64,000 nucleotides of DNA from NCBI RefSeq assembly GCF_963853765.1, contig NC_088853.1:51894001-51958000 (forward strand), read 5' to 3'. Position 1 is the first letter of the stretch. Each line of letters opens with the position of its first letter. Shown here one piece after another: positions 38,301 through 50,800 of this stretch. Both the position numbers and the translations under genes were made by a program. This stretch comes from Magallana gigas (taxonomy: Eukaryota). The notes below the pieces were generated by a model. The model was not told the origin of the DNA, did no database searches, and was given only the letters and a program-made list of their open reading frames with translations.

Positions 38301-40388
38301 TTTGGTCGTTTCGTTACTTCAATAGATGGCCTTGTAAAGTACATGCAATAAACTGTCAACGGAATATGCATAATGTTATACATAGCACATCATCTTTTTT
38401 ACTGTTGTAGAGCTACTAATATGAAATTTTATAAATGTTTTCTAAATTCCAACGTACACCGTTAACCCCGGTGAAAAATTGAGAGCGCCGCGCGTGCATG
38501 CGATTTTCCCACGGTCTCTGTAGAAAAAGGTCGGTGGAACGTTTACGCGTAATATCGGTGGCTGTAGAAATTATGAGTCTGGCACTTATAAAATCTTCAC
38601 AAGCGACAAAGCGATGGAACCGCTCTTATTCTCATGGTGGTTACTGATAGAGATCAGCACAAAAAAAGTCGGCATTGTGTGTCAGCCAGGAAGCGGCCAC
38701 GTGAAGGGGGGGGGGGGGGGGGCAGGAGGTCGTTACATGTACGTGTATACCAGTCTGATGATTTCCACATATATATAGTGTAAGGCACAGCTTTTTGGTC
38801 ATACAATTATTTATAGCAGTCGTATTAAAACACTGGATTAGAATCAAGCCTAGAAACGGCCGGATGGTGATGGAAAGGGGGGGGGGGGTCATTTACATGC
38901 AATATACCAGTCTTATGATTTTGTCTACAGACTGCATGTGTACTCGTTTTTGCATAGTAAAAGACACAACTTTTTAATCATGAAATTATTTATAATAGTC
39001 GTATTAACACATTGGATTATAATCATGGAGAGAGGGTTAAAAGATAGGGTGCGGAGGAAAAATTGACAACGCATCGGTATTGGCATCTATGTAACAAGAC
39101 TAAATTACGTACATCCAGAAATTTGAGATATTTTTCAATCAGGATAACTGCTGTAATATATTTTTCTCCGGACTTAACTTTGAGAAACTAGTCAAATTGA
39201 GTGTCCTTTGTGAGACAGACAAGATCAAATGCTGAATGTAATTCACGTGCAGAAATGTACTTCTTTGAACCATCATTATATTTCATTCATAGTAATGCCA
39301 TTAATTTTTTTCTTCATAAATGATAAAAAATATGATTAAATTTTAACAAAAAGGGCATCGATTGGGGATTAAAAATACAATGTCCTTTTTATTTTTTGAA
39401 AATCGCAATCCTTTCAAGGAGGGTAAAAAGCAGGGGGTCTTATAATTGGGAGGGTACGATTTGGGGGTTCCAATAATCAAACACACACTCAGCACAAATC
39501 TTTTTACTTTGGTGGCATTTGGTATACATTTCCCTTGCGTTATTTGAGATAGGGATCTTTCATTTTAGAAAAAAGAATTTTCTTTCTTCATCTTAACACT
39601 TTCACACACATGTATACAAACATCTAAAGCCACGTTATGAATAGAAGCAGTGGGATTTTGTGGTATAATTGTCGTAATATACGTCTCCGGAGCTCGGCGA
39701 ACCGTGGAAAATTCGACAGGTGGTTTGCGACAAAGCGTCAATGGGAGACCGGCGCGGGACACAAAGGGGAAGGGGGTGAATTCTCAGAGAAATGGGGGAC
39801 GGTAAACAATGAAGATGGGGAGGGAGAGACATTCCAGAGCTCGGTGAGCGACAAAGGTTATTGTGTCCGAAATCTGTCGACACGGATCACCATTAGTGAC
39901 CAAGTTCCGGGGTGAATTGTAAGGGGGGCATTTGTCAGGATGATAAATGAAGTCCTCCGGACGCAGCAAATGGTCACAATGGCGTGGTTGACCTTTTTTT
40001 TTCTTTGACTGTAACGGAATGTGGTCTTCGTTAATGAGAGAGAGAGAGAGAGAGAGAGACGGAGAGAGAGAGAGAGAGTAGTCTAAATTGTACATGGCGC
40101 TATACCTATTAAACTAAGAGACTCTTGCTACGCTTTTATATACAGTATCTATCCATTTCACTTTCAGCACAGTCACAAAGACGGAACAGTTTTCATGACT
40201 GCCCCAAAGTAATGTGTATTAGACAGCTTGTGCGTGTATCTGGTCCGATCAGGTGGGGAGATTATTCCGGGGTTAGTGACAAACTAACATTATAGCTACA
40301 TCTGTTTTCACCTAGATCTAGACGAGAACATCTGATGGAATTTTGATAACAGCTATCTGCTAATGTTTTCATTGTTTGGATTTTGTTG

Positions 40389-40431
<43 letters not shown>

Positions 40432-40494
40432 ATTGTGGTATTAAAACTGTAAATTAATGGCATTTCGAACTATTGTCCCCGTTATGTCCCAGAA

Positions 40495-40553
<59 letters not shown>

Positions 40554-41307
40554 TCGTGGGAAAAAAGACAGGACCAGCAGGCATCGGAAAAAGCATACGA
40601 TGAGATGGTTTCCGTCATAATCGGATCTTAATCTTTGCACACTTAAATTGTTCCTCGTAATTGAATGATAAGGAAATCGGCATTTATTTTAGACGAATAC
40701 CATAGAAGATCTTTCACTTGGACCACATTGCAAATGACGTGTGCCATTAAGTGAGAACCTTGCAGCTTTTGGTACATACGGACAGAATGTAACAGAGACA
40801 CTTAGAGTGTTTTGCATCTGCTGTGGGGTTCGGACGCGTGTCCTCTGGCACATATACAAATTTAGCACACACGTTAACTCACATTAATAGACAGAGTCAT
40901 TAGGAATGCCACTAATGATATATATACATGTTATGTACACAACTCTACCACAATATGACAACTTGCGAAGTGAGTGTTAAAAAATGGCGGGGTGGGGGTG
41001 GGGGTTGGTTATTAATGGGCTATTTTCACCTACTCACCACCAGACATATTATATATCCGGGAAACACTTCCGTTAGTCCGTTGGACGTGGTGACAGCCTG
41101 AATGTTGAAGTATAGACCTACAGTCACTAGTCCAAATACTATATCCAGGGCCCCGAGTACTAAGAAAACCCATAGCCTCCGGGCACATGGCCCTCCGCCC
41201 GGGGCCTTATCGGAGGGGCCGAGGTCCGAGCATTTTGATGACATCATAAAAGGCGAATATGCTGTGATGACGTCATTTTTCAGGTGGTTGGGTTGCGTCA
41301 CATCCAT
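30046..41307 (-). CDS. Four-transmembrane CD20-like protein of FAM189/ENTREP (sarcospan-related) type with a long disordered C-terminal tail
   Basis: Exons 41038-41307 (alternative ATG at 41247), 36680-36736, 35836-36025, 35316-35488 and 30046-31998, with phases 0/0/1/0 all consistent. It has four hydrophobic helices, 'WWRP' between TM2 and TM3, a Cys-containing loop (C-x7-CEC...SC) before TM4, and PPxY motifs in the tail. The resemblance to FAM189B/sarcospan is from recalled sequences, not a database search. Confidence 0.8.
32087..32496. mobile_element. Non-autonomous DNA transposon with ~60-bp imperfect TIRs and TA target duplication (Tc1/mariner-like)
   Basis: acactgtgccggataattatgcc... 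/ ...ggcataattatccggcacagtgt, with the outer 23 bp perfectly inverted; flanked by TA at 32085-32086 and 32497-32498. Confidence 0.82.
33303..34581 (+). CDS. Secreted C1q-domain-containing protein (signal peptide, coiled coil, gC1q; no collagen), nested antisense in an intron
   Basis: Exons 33303-33555, 33879-34118 and 34400-34581, with phase-1 GT-AG introns. Signal peptide MESHVILASLVCFCLVSYVNC. The gC1q hallmarks are 'AFYAY', 'FIFDTVRTNVGSGYSNSSGLFTAPHAGTFVFAW', 'QLSQGDVVKVR' and 'TSFSGFQLY*'. Confidence 0.93.
35255..35310. repeat. (GA)n microsatellite abutting a splice donor of the tetraspan gene
   Basis: Direct read; the minus-strand donor AGA|gtaagt runs straight into (CT)n. Confidence 0.93.
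36070..36267. mobile_element. Fold-back MITE (near whole-length palindrome)
   Basis: atttgtcatggagaaaaacttacag / ctgtaagtttttctccatgacaaat, plus inner arms atatgtatttaaatttaataattcaaacagttaaa / tttaactgtttgaattattaaatttaaatacatat. Confidence 0.75.
38705..39025. repeat. Short tandem duplication with a G-run at the start of each unit
   Basis: Two colinear copies of ttacatg..ataccagtct.atgattt ... aattatttata..agtcgtattaa.aca.tggatta.aatca, starting near 38733 and 38893. Confidence 0.65.
40393..40552. repeat. Two (GA)n microsatellites
   Basis: Direct read: ~40393-40429 and ~40499-40552. Confidence 0.93.
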
Positions 41308-43983
41308 AGATAGCCATCATTTATGTACATTGGCATCACCGGGAAAACGTCGATATTAAACTTGATATAAGAGAAACAATTCACTTATGACCAGCTTCGC
41401 CAAAAATCACTTAAAAATAACCACTAAGACCCATTGGTCTAAAGTTTCAGCACACTTTTAAAAACTTTTCTTTTCTCGGTCTTTTGTGTGGAATAAAACT
41501 GAACTACAGTGGTCGACTTCACAAATAAATTCAAAAACTGAAGGATTATTCAGCCATGTATTAAAACGTTCACTTCACCAAATCCATCATTTTCCAACTC
41601 AACGACATATCAAACAAATATTTCATGAATTGCAATAATTGACTTCCAGAAATATATTTTTCTTCACTACATAGCGTTCCGAAACACTAACTCCATGTGT
41701 CAAAAAAATGTACGATCGAGAGAAAATAAAAATATATCGGTCCAGGCAAACAACAGTGTGGAGAGGTTATTATTTCACACAACAGTAACGTACATGTTGC
41801 CTTCACGAATGGGCTGATATTTTATATCACAAAACATTTCTGTATAAAAACTTGGCTTTTAAAATTGAAACTGTATCCTCGGAGCGCAAACTTCGTGGTC
41901 TTTTGTGTGTGTGGAGATTACACGTGGAGTGCAGAGCTCTGCCATCCTATCGTGTTTACAAAATTAAAATTCACCGGTTTCCGATTCGGGGGCCCCCGGC
42001 GGGGTTTCCTTTGTAAGAATTTATCTGCATCGGAATTGGGCTTTGCCTTGATACTTTCATATTTTATATATACCGATAAATGTTGTTAAACATTTTTAAT
42101 GGTGAATTTGAGTCAAACACATAAGCTACCATCACAAACATATATAATATTACCGGTAAAGAACATGTTCGTCAAAAAGTATTATTTGCCCCCCCCCCCT
42201 TTTTTTTTTTAAAATAATAATGATAGAAACCTACCGACCATTTTTTTCGATGCCCCCTCCTCGGTCACCCCTAAACAATTCTTCAACAAAGTAATTTTAA
42301 AAAATCCAATGTAATTACTGTCATATTTCAAAATGCACAATGACTTAAACTAAATTACCGAAAAAAAAATGTATGCATAACTGTTATCCTGTTTCTATAC
42401 ATATATATCTTTACTTCGGGCTTTATTCGGCCTGACCGAAATTATCACCTCATAATACTCAAAGAATGATTCCTTTTTCCTTAAATGAATCTTAAATTCA
42501 CGCTATATAATTTCAAGATTTTTACATTATTTAAACGATGACTAAACCTGAACCCCCAACATTCCAATGAGTCCCCATCACATGTATTCAGGGATTTAGG
42601 TAGCCAAATATTGATAGAGATCAGACATATCGTATCGTTTTTCAAGAAAACGAGGGAGGGGTACCACACTACATGTTGACATTTAAACCTGAAAGCCCCC
42701 CCCCCCCTCCCCACCCCCAAACAAACAAACAAACAAACAAAACAAATCACAGAAAAAAAACTAACCAATAATTACAAAAGACCCCCTTCCAAGAATTAAA
42801 CCCACTACAATCAAATATGTAATAAGGATGAGGTATAAATATGCATCAGTTAACTTAATACCGACGACAACGACAATGCAAGTTTAAAATATTCTTTCGC
42901 GGCTATGTTAAGGCTGTCCGAAGCTAAATATATATCGAAAAATGATACTATTCTAATTATCAAAAAATACTTTAACCGAGCGAGTTTTTTTATACGTTTA
43001 TTACATATATGAACAGTGACATCCAACACTATATTTGATATATTTTTGTGACGTCATATATTTTTCTTAAGCACGTGACGGGTGTATTCTAACACGGTAA
43101 ATAATCTATAAAAATCGCATCGGCACAAGTGAATAATGACATTAAATCAAAAATATTTTTATGAAAAATCCTTCGATAAGTAATGTGTTTTGCAGTTCTT
43201 GCTGGGGGTTCATATAAATATTTTGTTTATTTGAAATATTGTCAAAACATTTCGCACTGCCATCGAAATTAGGCACATGTTTACCTTCTAGGCTCGATTT
43301 ACACAAAATCAGGTCAATCAGTAGGTTTCCCCCAGCAAGATTCATATTGGTACTTATTTTCTCTCCCGATTTCACGTAAAATATACTAAGAGTATTTTTA
43401 TCTTTCACTTGTGGCAAGCCGTTTTTTATATGCATATACATATCACCATTCATTAGATTACACGTAGCAGGGGGAGTCTCAAAACCATTAGTTTATGAAT
43501 AATTATTTACCTATTACGAAGTTTTAAAACTGTTGATTTTTTTATACTCCATATCGGTGATATTGAATTTAGTATCACTAGCATTTACAACAGTGTCTAT
43601 GTAAAGGAATGAAGCGGTTTCATTATGCACAATGAATATCACTTATTACGTTACGATACATTCCCTAAGAACGATCGAAAGGAATGCAGATCGTGACGTC
43701 AAAGTTAACTATGACGTCATATCTTATGAAGTACAGACAAGTGACTTGCTGAAATCGCTGTGAAATTAATCGGGCAGCCTTAACATAGCCGCGTTGTCCT
43801 AGGGAATGGGGTTAGGACCGTAGGTACACTTCTATTTATTTTTTATTTCAATGGCAAAGCGATCTTCTTAAATTTTGCCCTTTTTGCTGTGTCAAAATAT
43901 TTGTTTCAAGAGTTTGGAATGGGGGGGGGGGGGGGGGGGGGAGAGGCTTTACTTTGTTAAGCATTCTTGATTTCCTCAATGTT

Positions 43984-44027
<44 letters not shown>

Positions 44028-45009
44028 AACATAAACATGTTCAATCCCTCTATATCCATCTCCCGTCATCTCCTTCCCTCTTTCTAAGTGAATGATAAAA
44101 ACTTTTTAAAATACTTACTGGTTAAAAAGGTGCCTGCCACGTTTGAGACTTTAACACATCCTCACTGAAATCGTCGTGATAATTCAAAGTGTCATATCGT
44201 CATAATAAAAAAAATCTAAATATACAATGCATCAGCACAAAACTGCCTTGAGAACATCTTGACTATAGCTGTATAACATATATACATAATAAGAGACTAA
44301 AAAGATCGAACATTTATGCATTATTGATAAGCTAGACCATCTGTGGTACTACACACACATATTATAACATCTCCTTCTTCACAGCCTTTATCCATGGATG
44401 TCGTGAATCAATAATCTTGAATGCCTCATCAAATGATCATACAGATAGGTAACTAGACGTTTATTTCAGTGAATGCAGAGACCTTTCATCTTCGGAGAAT
44501 CGTGTCCATGTCCTATAGGTGTATTATTTAATGATCACACAACATGGCGTGTGTTCATTTTAATTTATACTTTAATTTATTTTATATTTATAAGAGATCA
44601 AGCAATCTCAACACGAATATCAAATATACATACATGACTATCATATACGATAACATTAACTTTTATAAACAATTATCACATAATGCGCGCGGATCTATAG
44701 TGAGATCATGCGGGAGAGTGCCCCCCCCCCCCCCCCCCCCCACCCCCGGTTATTAAAATCAAGATCAAGTAGTAACATTGCCTAAAACAAGTCTCGTAAG
44801 AGCATTTATAATTTTCAAGCCAGTAAAATTACCAAGGTATGATATGTTTACATGCAAAATGTTTTCCGGAAAAAATTGGTTTGAACGAAATTTTCTCGGA
44901 AATATGAAATTTACTCAAATCATTTTAGCATTTTCCTTTCAAAATCAATTTCCAGTTTGAGTGAACGCTCCCGGCACGTTTTTGATTCGGAAAAATACCA
45001 CAAAAAAGC

Positions 45010-46615
45010 ATGTCACAGGCTCCAAAGCAAACTCAGGTTTGTTTAATGCTTAACACTTTGTACTTTATCCAATCTTTTGCAGCTTGACTAATGCTATCAT
45101 GTTTTAAAACAACTTTGTAGTCAAAATTCATCATAGTTAACGTGACACCGTCTTTCATCTCTTATGTACTTTCCTTTTGTAGCAAGGAGGAGACAAAGAT
45201 AAAGAAAAGAAGAAGAAGGAAACGATTTTAGACCTCGCTAAATACCTCGACAAGACGATCAGAGTGAAGTTTAGTGGTGGAAGAGAAGGTTGGTACTCAT
45301 CTGATAATGTAAACAGTGGATGTTTTCTTTTGATCAGAAGACAGAAGTATTTTCCTTCTAAGTTTTTTTTCTTGGCAGCCATCTTGAAGACCAAGCCTGT
45401 ACATTTTCCTCTTTGAACAATCATTTTCAAATAAAATTGGACAGAAATATAAGGGGAGTGGGGGCTTAAGATCGTTATGGATTTAGATCGACTTGATATT
45501 TGGATTCACTCCTTGACCAAATATCGTGGAAAAATTGCTTGCCACAGTCAGAATAGTTGTAAAAGAAACACCCCCATACTTGCAGCTCAAACATTTTTTT
45601 TTAAGTGAATAAAACTTGCATTTCTTACACTTTAATTTTGATTCCTCTACAATTATATGGCTGTTATATTTTCCCTCATCAGCCTTGGGAAGTTGTCAAG
45701 CTTTCAAAGGATTTTTAGTGAACTCATTTGTTTTTAAAGTATAAAAAATGTGGCTTTATTTTATTTCACAGTCAAAATGTAAACTGGAAACAATTTAATC
45801 TGATTCTTCTTTGGATAATGGTAGCGATGAGAGCATTGAACAAAATTTTGTTCAAGCTCTTACAGAGACGAACAGATATTTTAAAACAAAATATTTGAGT
45901 TTACATTTGCCTGTTTATTCTTTGAAAAATAAAAATTGATGTCACTCGGTAAAATTCCTTTAAAAAACAAATCTTTGGAGTCAATGGTACATATTGCGTT
46001 AGTAGTATTTTTAACTTAGGTGCAAGTTTTCAACTGAAATTAACTTGTGTGATTTTTTTCCATGGACGTTTTCTTGTAAATAAAAGTACTTTAAGAAGGT
46101 AACAGAAAAGAATGTTTTTTGTTATAATCATGCTAATCAAAAACACATATTTATTTTCAAAGGAAGCAAAACCCAAACATCAATCTTGAATTTATTTAAT
46201 TTAGAGCATTTTCAATTTTATTTATAGTATTCTGAGCTTGTTCATTTATTATTGACAGCTGCTGGTGTGTTGAAGGGTTATGACCCTTTGTTGAATCTGG
46301 TACTGGATGACACAACAGAATACCTCAGGGGTGAGTACATAACTATTGATTCTTTTTGTCACGTGCAATTTGTTTGGCCTAAATTGTCTTTATATCGATT
46401 AACAGCTCACTTTTCGACTTGTGTGAAAAAAACCCAACTTAATATTTCTTTTTGCTCATAGACGATTTATTGTCTTGTTATGATAAAAACAAATCCAAAT
46501 AATATGAAAAATGGTCTTACCTGCTACATTAAATGGTTGTAAATGGTCTTATCAAGCATTTCTTACTCGTGAATAACAAAGTTAAACTTTAATGACTTGC
46601 CTTAATTTAAACATA

Positions 46616-46671
<56 letters not shown>

Positions 46672-47646
46672 GTCTCTCTTTCTCTCTCACATATATTTGA
46701 ATTGTTTATACAATAATTATGCTCAATCTTTGGTTTTTCTTTAAGAATTGCCTACAAACATTAAAAAAACCATAAATCCATAAATGGAAACTTTGATACC
46801 TTGTACAAACTCTCAAATCCAGCAGAATATTAAATACACTAATCGATCAAAATTTGTTCTCCATTTAAATTCATTTCACTTCTTGCCTAATCTTAAGATT
46901 TAGATGATCTAGATGATCTATACCAAAGTTTGGTGATTTAAAAAACATAATTTTGGTACTTCCCCTGTTTTTCTGAATTTGGATCAAATTATTGAGCATG
47001 TATCGTATTACATTTTCATGTGTATTCTTTGTTATTATCGATATTGTTTTCCTCAGATCAGAATAGTCCTTGTAAAAATGTACGAACTGAGACTGAAAAC
47101 TTAGATTGTGATTTTAAGAATTTTACATGAGATTTGACTGTTTTCAGGCCCCCGGGCCATTCATCTTAGACAAGCTCATGTTTGATCTCGCTCTCACTTT
47201 TACCAATGGAACATATAGTTGAAAAGTGAGACTGAGATCAAGTGGGAGCTCATCTAAGTTTTATGGCCCCAGAGCCAGATACAGACAACAAGTGTAAATG
47301 GAGCAATGGTTTCTGGGATTTGTTGAATAAAATTTCTTTCCTCTATTTTGATCCATATAAACTAACAGAGAATCAATGAATTCTGGGATTTTTTTGATCA
47401 CAAGTTTTCAATTTTATCAGATCCACTGGACCCACATAATCTAATTAAGAACCAGGACTTCTGGAATTCGTTGCTTCAAATTCTATCTTCTAAATCTTTT
47501 TTTTTCCAGATCCAGACGATCCCTACAAACTGACTGAGGACACAAGAACTCTGGGATTGGTTGTGTGTAGAGGAACCTCTGTAGTCCTCATTTGTCCAGC
47601 TGACGGAATGGAAGCCATTGCCAACCCTTTCGTTCAACAAGAGTGA
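45010..47646 (+). CDS. LSM7: U6 snRNA-associated Sm-like protein LSm7
   Basis: Exons 45010-45036, 45183-45288, 46259-46330 and 47510-47646. The spliced protein contains KEKKKKETILDLAKYLDKTIRVKFSGGREAAGVLKGYDPLLNLVLDDTTEYLRDPDDPYKLTEDTRTLGLVVCRGTSVVLICPADGMEAIANPFVQQE, the canonical LSm7 sequence. Confidence 0.96.
46619..46689. repeat. (CT)n microsatellite in LSM7 intron 3
   Basis: Direct read. Confidence 0.93.
47147..47276. mobile_element. Short hairpin MITE in LSM7 intron 3
   Basis: Imperfect inverted arms gggccat..cttaga..agctc..ttgatctc..tctcactttt / aaaagtgaga..gagatcaa..gagct..tctaag..atggccc. Confidence 0.6.
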
Positions 47647-48232
47647 TGGGAAAGTGAAAGTAAAAGGAGTTCAAGGACAAGTTGTTTTCAGTTTTGTACA
47701 ATCTTGGCAGCAAACGTTGAGATGATGACATTGTGAAAAATTAATATGAAGTGTAAATATTGTCATCAAACTCTTGTCATAAAGTTAACCTTTCTTTTAT
47801 TCTATGCTGTTGGGAGACATACATGTACAGTAAGAAAAGGGTTATTTTGTCAGGTTATTTTTTTTCAATTTTTCAAGACACAGCATAAAAGAATAAAAAG
47901 TTTTCAGATCACACAGTGACAAAATCGGTTTCTATATGAAGGCCAAATACACGCGCCCAAATTATTCACAATTTTTTTTTTGTCCATCAATGTAACACTT
48001 TACATTATGACTGTGTAATTTGTGTGAATTTAGTTGGTGCGCATTGTCTCTTCTTATCTATACTCATTGTTTTCACAGTGCTTTACGTATGTTGAAAAAA
48101 GTACAGGCAAAAGATAATTCTCACAAAATCAACAAACAAATAGTACTGATGTTACATTGATCATTTGATGTTACATATATGTCATCTTTCCTTGGTTTCT
48201 ACACCCGTCAAGTTGAGACTGTTTGATTTTGA

Positions 48233-48555
48233 GGTGGTATGGGACATTTGTCAATATTAATGTTGATTAAAGTACACTATTTTTTAAGTACTTTCTCCGG
48301 TTTAGAATTTTCATTTTTTACAATATTGCACCAAACAAAATGTTTTAAAATTTTTTTGAAAAGGTTAAAATTTTTAAAATGCCCGAGGGGGAATCGAACT
48401 CATGACTTTCAGATTCGTAGTGAAACCTCTAACCCACTGTGCTAATCTGTTAGGTGACAATTATAGGAAAAGAAACTATTTGTAAAATTACACATGGTTT
48501 TGTTGTTTATTTCCGATAAATAGTACGTCACAACGTGGAAGTGTCCCATACCACC
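48233..48555. mobile_element. Non-autonomous TTAA-target transposon (Kolobok/piggyBac-like) carrying a tRNA-like segment
   Basis: TIRs ggtggtatgggaca / tgtcccataccacc; right flank TTAA, left flank TTGA. Internal 48380-48444 on the minus strand has a Pol III A box (TAGCACAGTGG) and B box (GTTCGATTCC). Confidence 0.7.
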
Positions 48556-48822
48556 TTAATAACTTGGTACATGTACTATGAAGGTTTCTAATTTGAAGGG
48601 AAATATGTATTAATTTTATTAATTTATTAAAATTTTAGCAATGGGTCATTTTAGTCATTAAATGGCACAAAAAATTTGATGGCACACGAGACAACATTTA
48701 GCAGCTGATCAATTAACAAAAAAGTTAAAATGTCTGCTTGTTAACAGGAAAGACCTTGTTTTCTTGCAACCAACTATTGTTTTGAGCAAATGTTTGTTTG
48801 TTGGACGGTATAACACACGTAA

Positions 48823-49034
48823 TACTGTGGTTTCATTAATATTTAAGAGTGTCAATTTTCATGGATGAAGGGAAAATCACAGTTTCAAGGATACGTAAAT
48901 TCGTGTGCAAAGGCCCTATCAATACAAAATATTAGTAGAAATTGCAGTTCTATGAATATTTTAATTTTAAGGATAAACTTAACAACGAAATCAACAAAAA
49001 TTGGTATTCAACGAATATTGATGAAACCACAGTA
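48823..49034. mobile_element. MITE, TACTGTGG...CCACAGTA family
   Basis: Terminal inverted repeats tactgtggtttcat / atgaaaccacagta with TA ends; ~210 bp. Confidence 0.82.
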
Positions 49035-49813
49035 TACCATTTTCTCCTCTCTTAGCTCAATAGGTTCCTAGAACACGTGAAGTATATTTCATAAACTGGA
49101 CACTTATAACTGTACTTTAAGAAAACAAAGGTAAATGTAAAGCAAATTGAATTAAATGTGGAAACCAAATTTAGTTGTCTTTGATTCTCCGTGGTGATGT
49201 TACATGATTGTGTAACCAACTAACCATCACTTTTCATCAAAATATATTCAAGAAATTTGTTGTACATGTATTAACGCTCTATCAAACTTTTCAGTGTTTT
49301 TTCGGATAAACAAAAAAGATCCCTAATAAAGATCGAAAAATGGGAGAGGTAATCCATTGAGGCAGGAATGAGAAAGAATAAGCCATAAATGTACTTGAAT
49401 ACTATTCATCCTAATTGATATTGCTTTATGTCTCCCATAAAAAAAAACTCGTTTTAAAATTGAACTTATAATATTTCTCTTTGTTTTTAAGGTGTTAGAG
49501 AAAATTTTAATCATGTATAAATATAAAAATAGTGAACTACATATGTTAAGTACGCGAGACCAAATATGTCCATTTTTTTCATGTACCAATATTTGTTGTA
49601 CTGTATTTCATTTCGACGTAATAAATAAAACAAGATCCATTTTATTTCCCTTTTTACTTTTGTCAGTAAATAAGACAGTGTTCATAAAAAGAAAATTCCA
49701 TTGAACAAAACTAAAAAATGAAAATTAAAAATATACTAGTATATATAAAAAAAAAACATATGCAGCACATTACTGGATTTTTCTGCGGGGTACTAGTATT
49801 TTCAAAATGTTCA

Positions 49814-50800
49814 GATATCATCGAGTAATCACCCTACCCCTAAAAATAATTCCTATAAAACTATCTCGTTAACATTATCCAAGTTATCTGATCATAAATC
49901 CTATATTGAAATTAACATAATTATCTGTACCTGCAATAAAATCCAGTTCCGATAATTGAAAGTAATAAAGTTTTAATATTCAAAATTGAAATTAAAAAAA
50001 GAAACCAAACATGCACAGCTATGTATTGAACAAAAATATTATAGACAATTTATTTATTTTAACAATTATTTCGACAAACTACAGATATTTAATGCTAGAA
50101 CATGAAAAAAAAATAAAGTGAACATAGTATGAGCATTATGAATTTTATATATCAACTCAAGATAAAATACCCAGTGCAAGAAATAGAGTTGAATTTATAA
50201 TAATCTGTACATGAAACGAAAACAGTGAAATAAAAAATATTGCTATAACGATTAGCAAGTAGAACAAAAATGTAAAAATAGTGTATCTGTAGAAAAAAAC
50301 ACATCAAATGAGAACATTGTTATAATAAAAACGTTTATAGTTTGTTAAAAATTATTTGGATATCATTGAGTAATACCACCACTCCCACCCCCTAAAAATA
50401 ATTCCTATAAAACTCTTTCGTCAACATCATCCAAGTTATCTGATCATAAATCATGTATTGAAATTAACATAAATATTTGTACCTGCATTAAAATCCAGTT
50501 GAATTTCTGATTATTAAAAGAAACAAAATTTAGTCTACATAACATGATCATTATAAATTTAATGTTAAATGTACATACATGTATATCAACGTAAGAAAAA
50601 TACCCAGTGCAAGAAATAGAGTTGATTTTAAAATAATCTGTACATGAAACAAAAACAAAGTTTTATTGAAATAAAAAAAAATGACTATAACAATTGGCAA
50701 GTAGAAAAAAAAAATGTAAAAATAGTGAATCTGTAGAAAAACACTCTTCAAATGAGAATATCATTATAATAAAAACGTTTATAGCTTGACAAAAATTGAT
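49814..50800. repeat. Diverged direct tandem duplication (units 49814-50358 and 50359-~50800)
   Basis: Shared colinear blocks 'cccctaaaaataattcctataaaact', 'ccaagttatctgatcataaatc', 'aatacccagtgcaagaaatagagttga' and 'ataataaaaacgtttatag'. Confidence 0.85.

Noticed and set aside
39637-39915. 92-aa + strand ATG ORF in a GC-richer patch
   Set aside because: No homology signature or splice partners; better explained as regulatory sequence.
44544-44549. ATGGCG as the human-like first exon of LSM7
   Set aside because: No GT follows in phase 0. The exon at 45010-45036 fits phase and donor consensus.
45831-45859. Hairpin in LSM7 intron 2 preceded by CGATGA (possible C/D snoRNA)
   Set aside because: No D box (CTGA) or terminal stem at a suitable distance.
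48380-48444. Functional tRNA gene
   Set aside because: The acceptor stem is incomplete and the segment is embedded in a TIR element, so it is treated as tRNA-derived.
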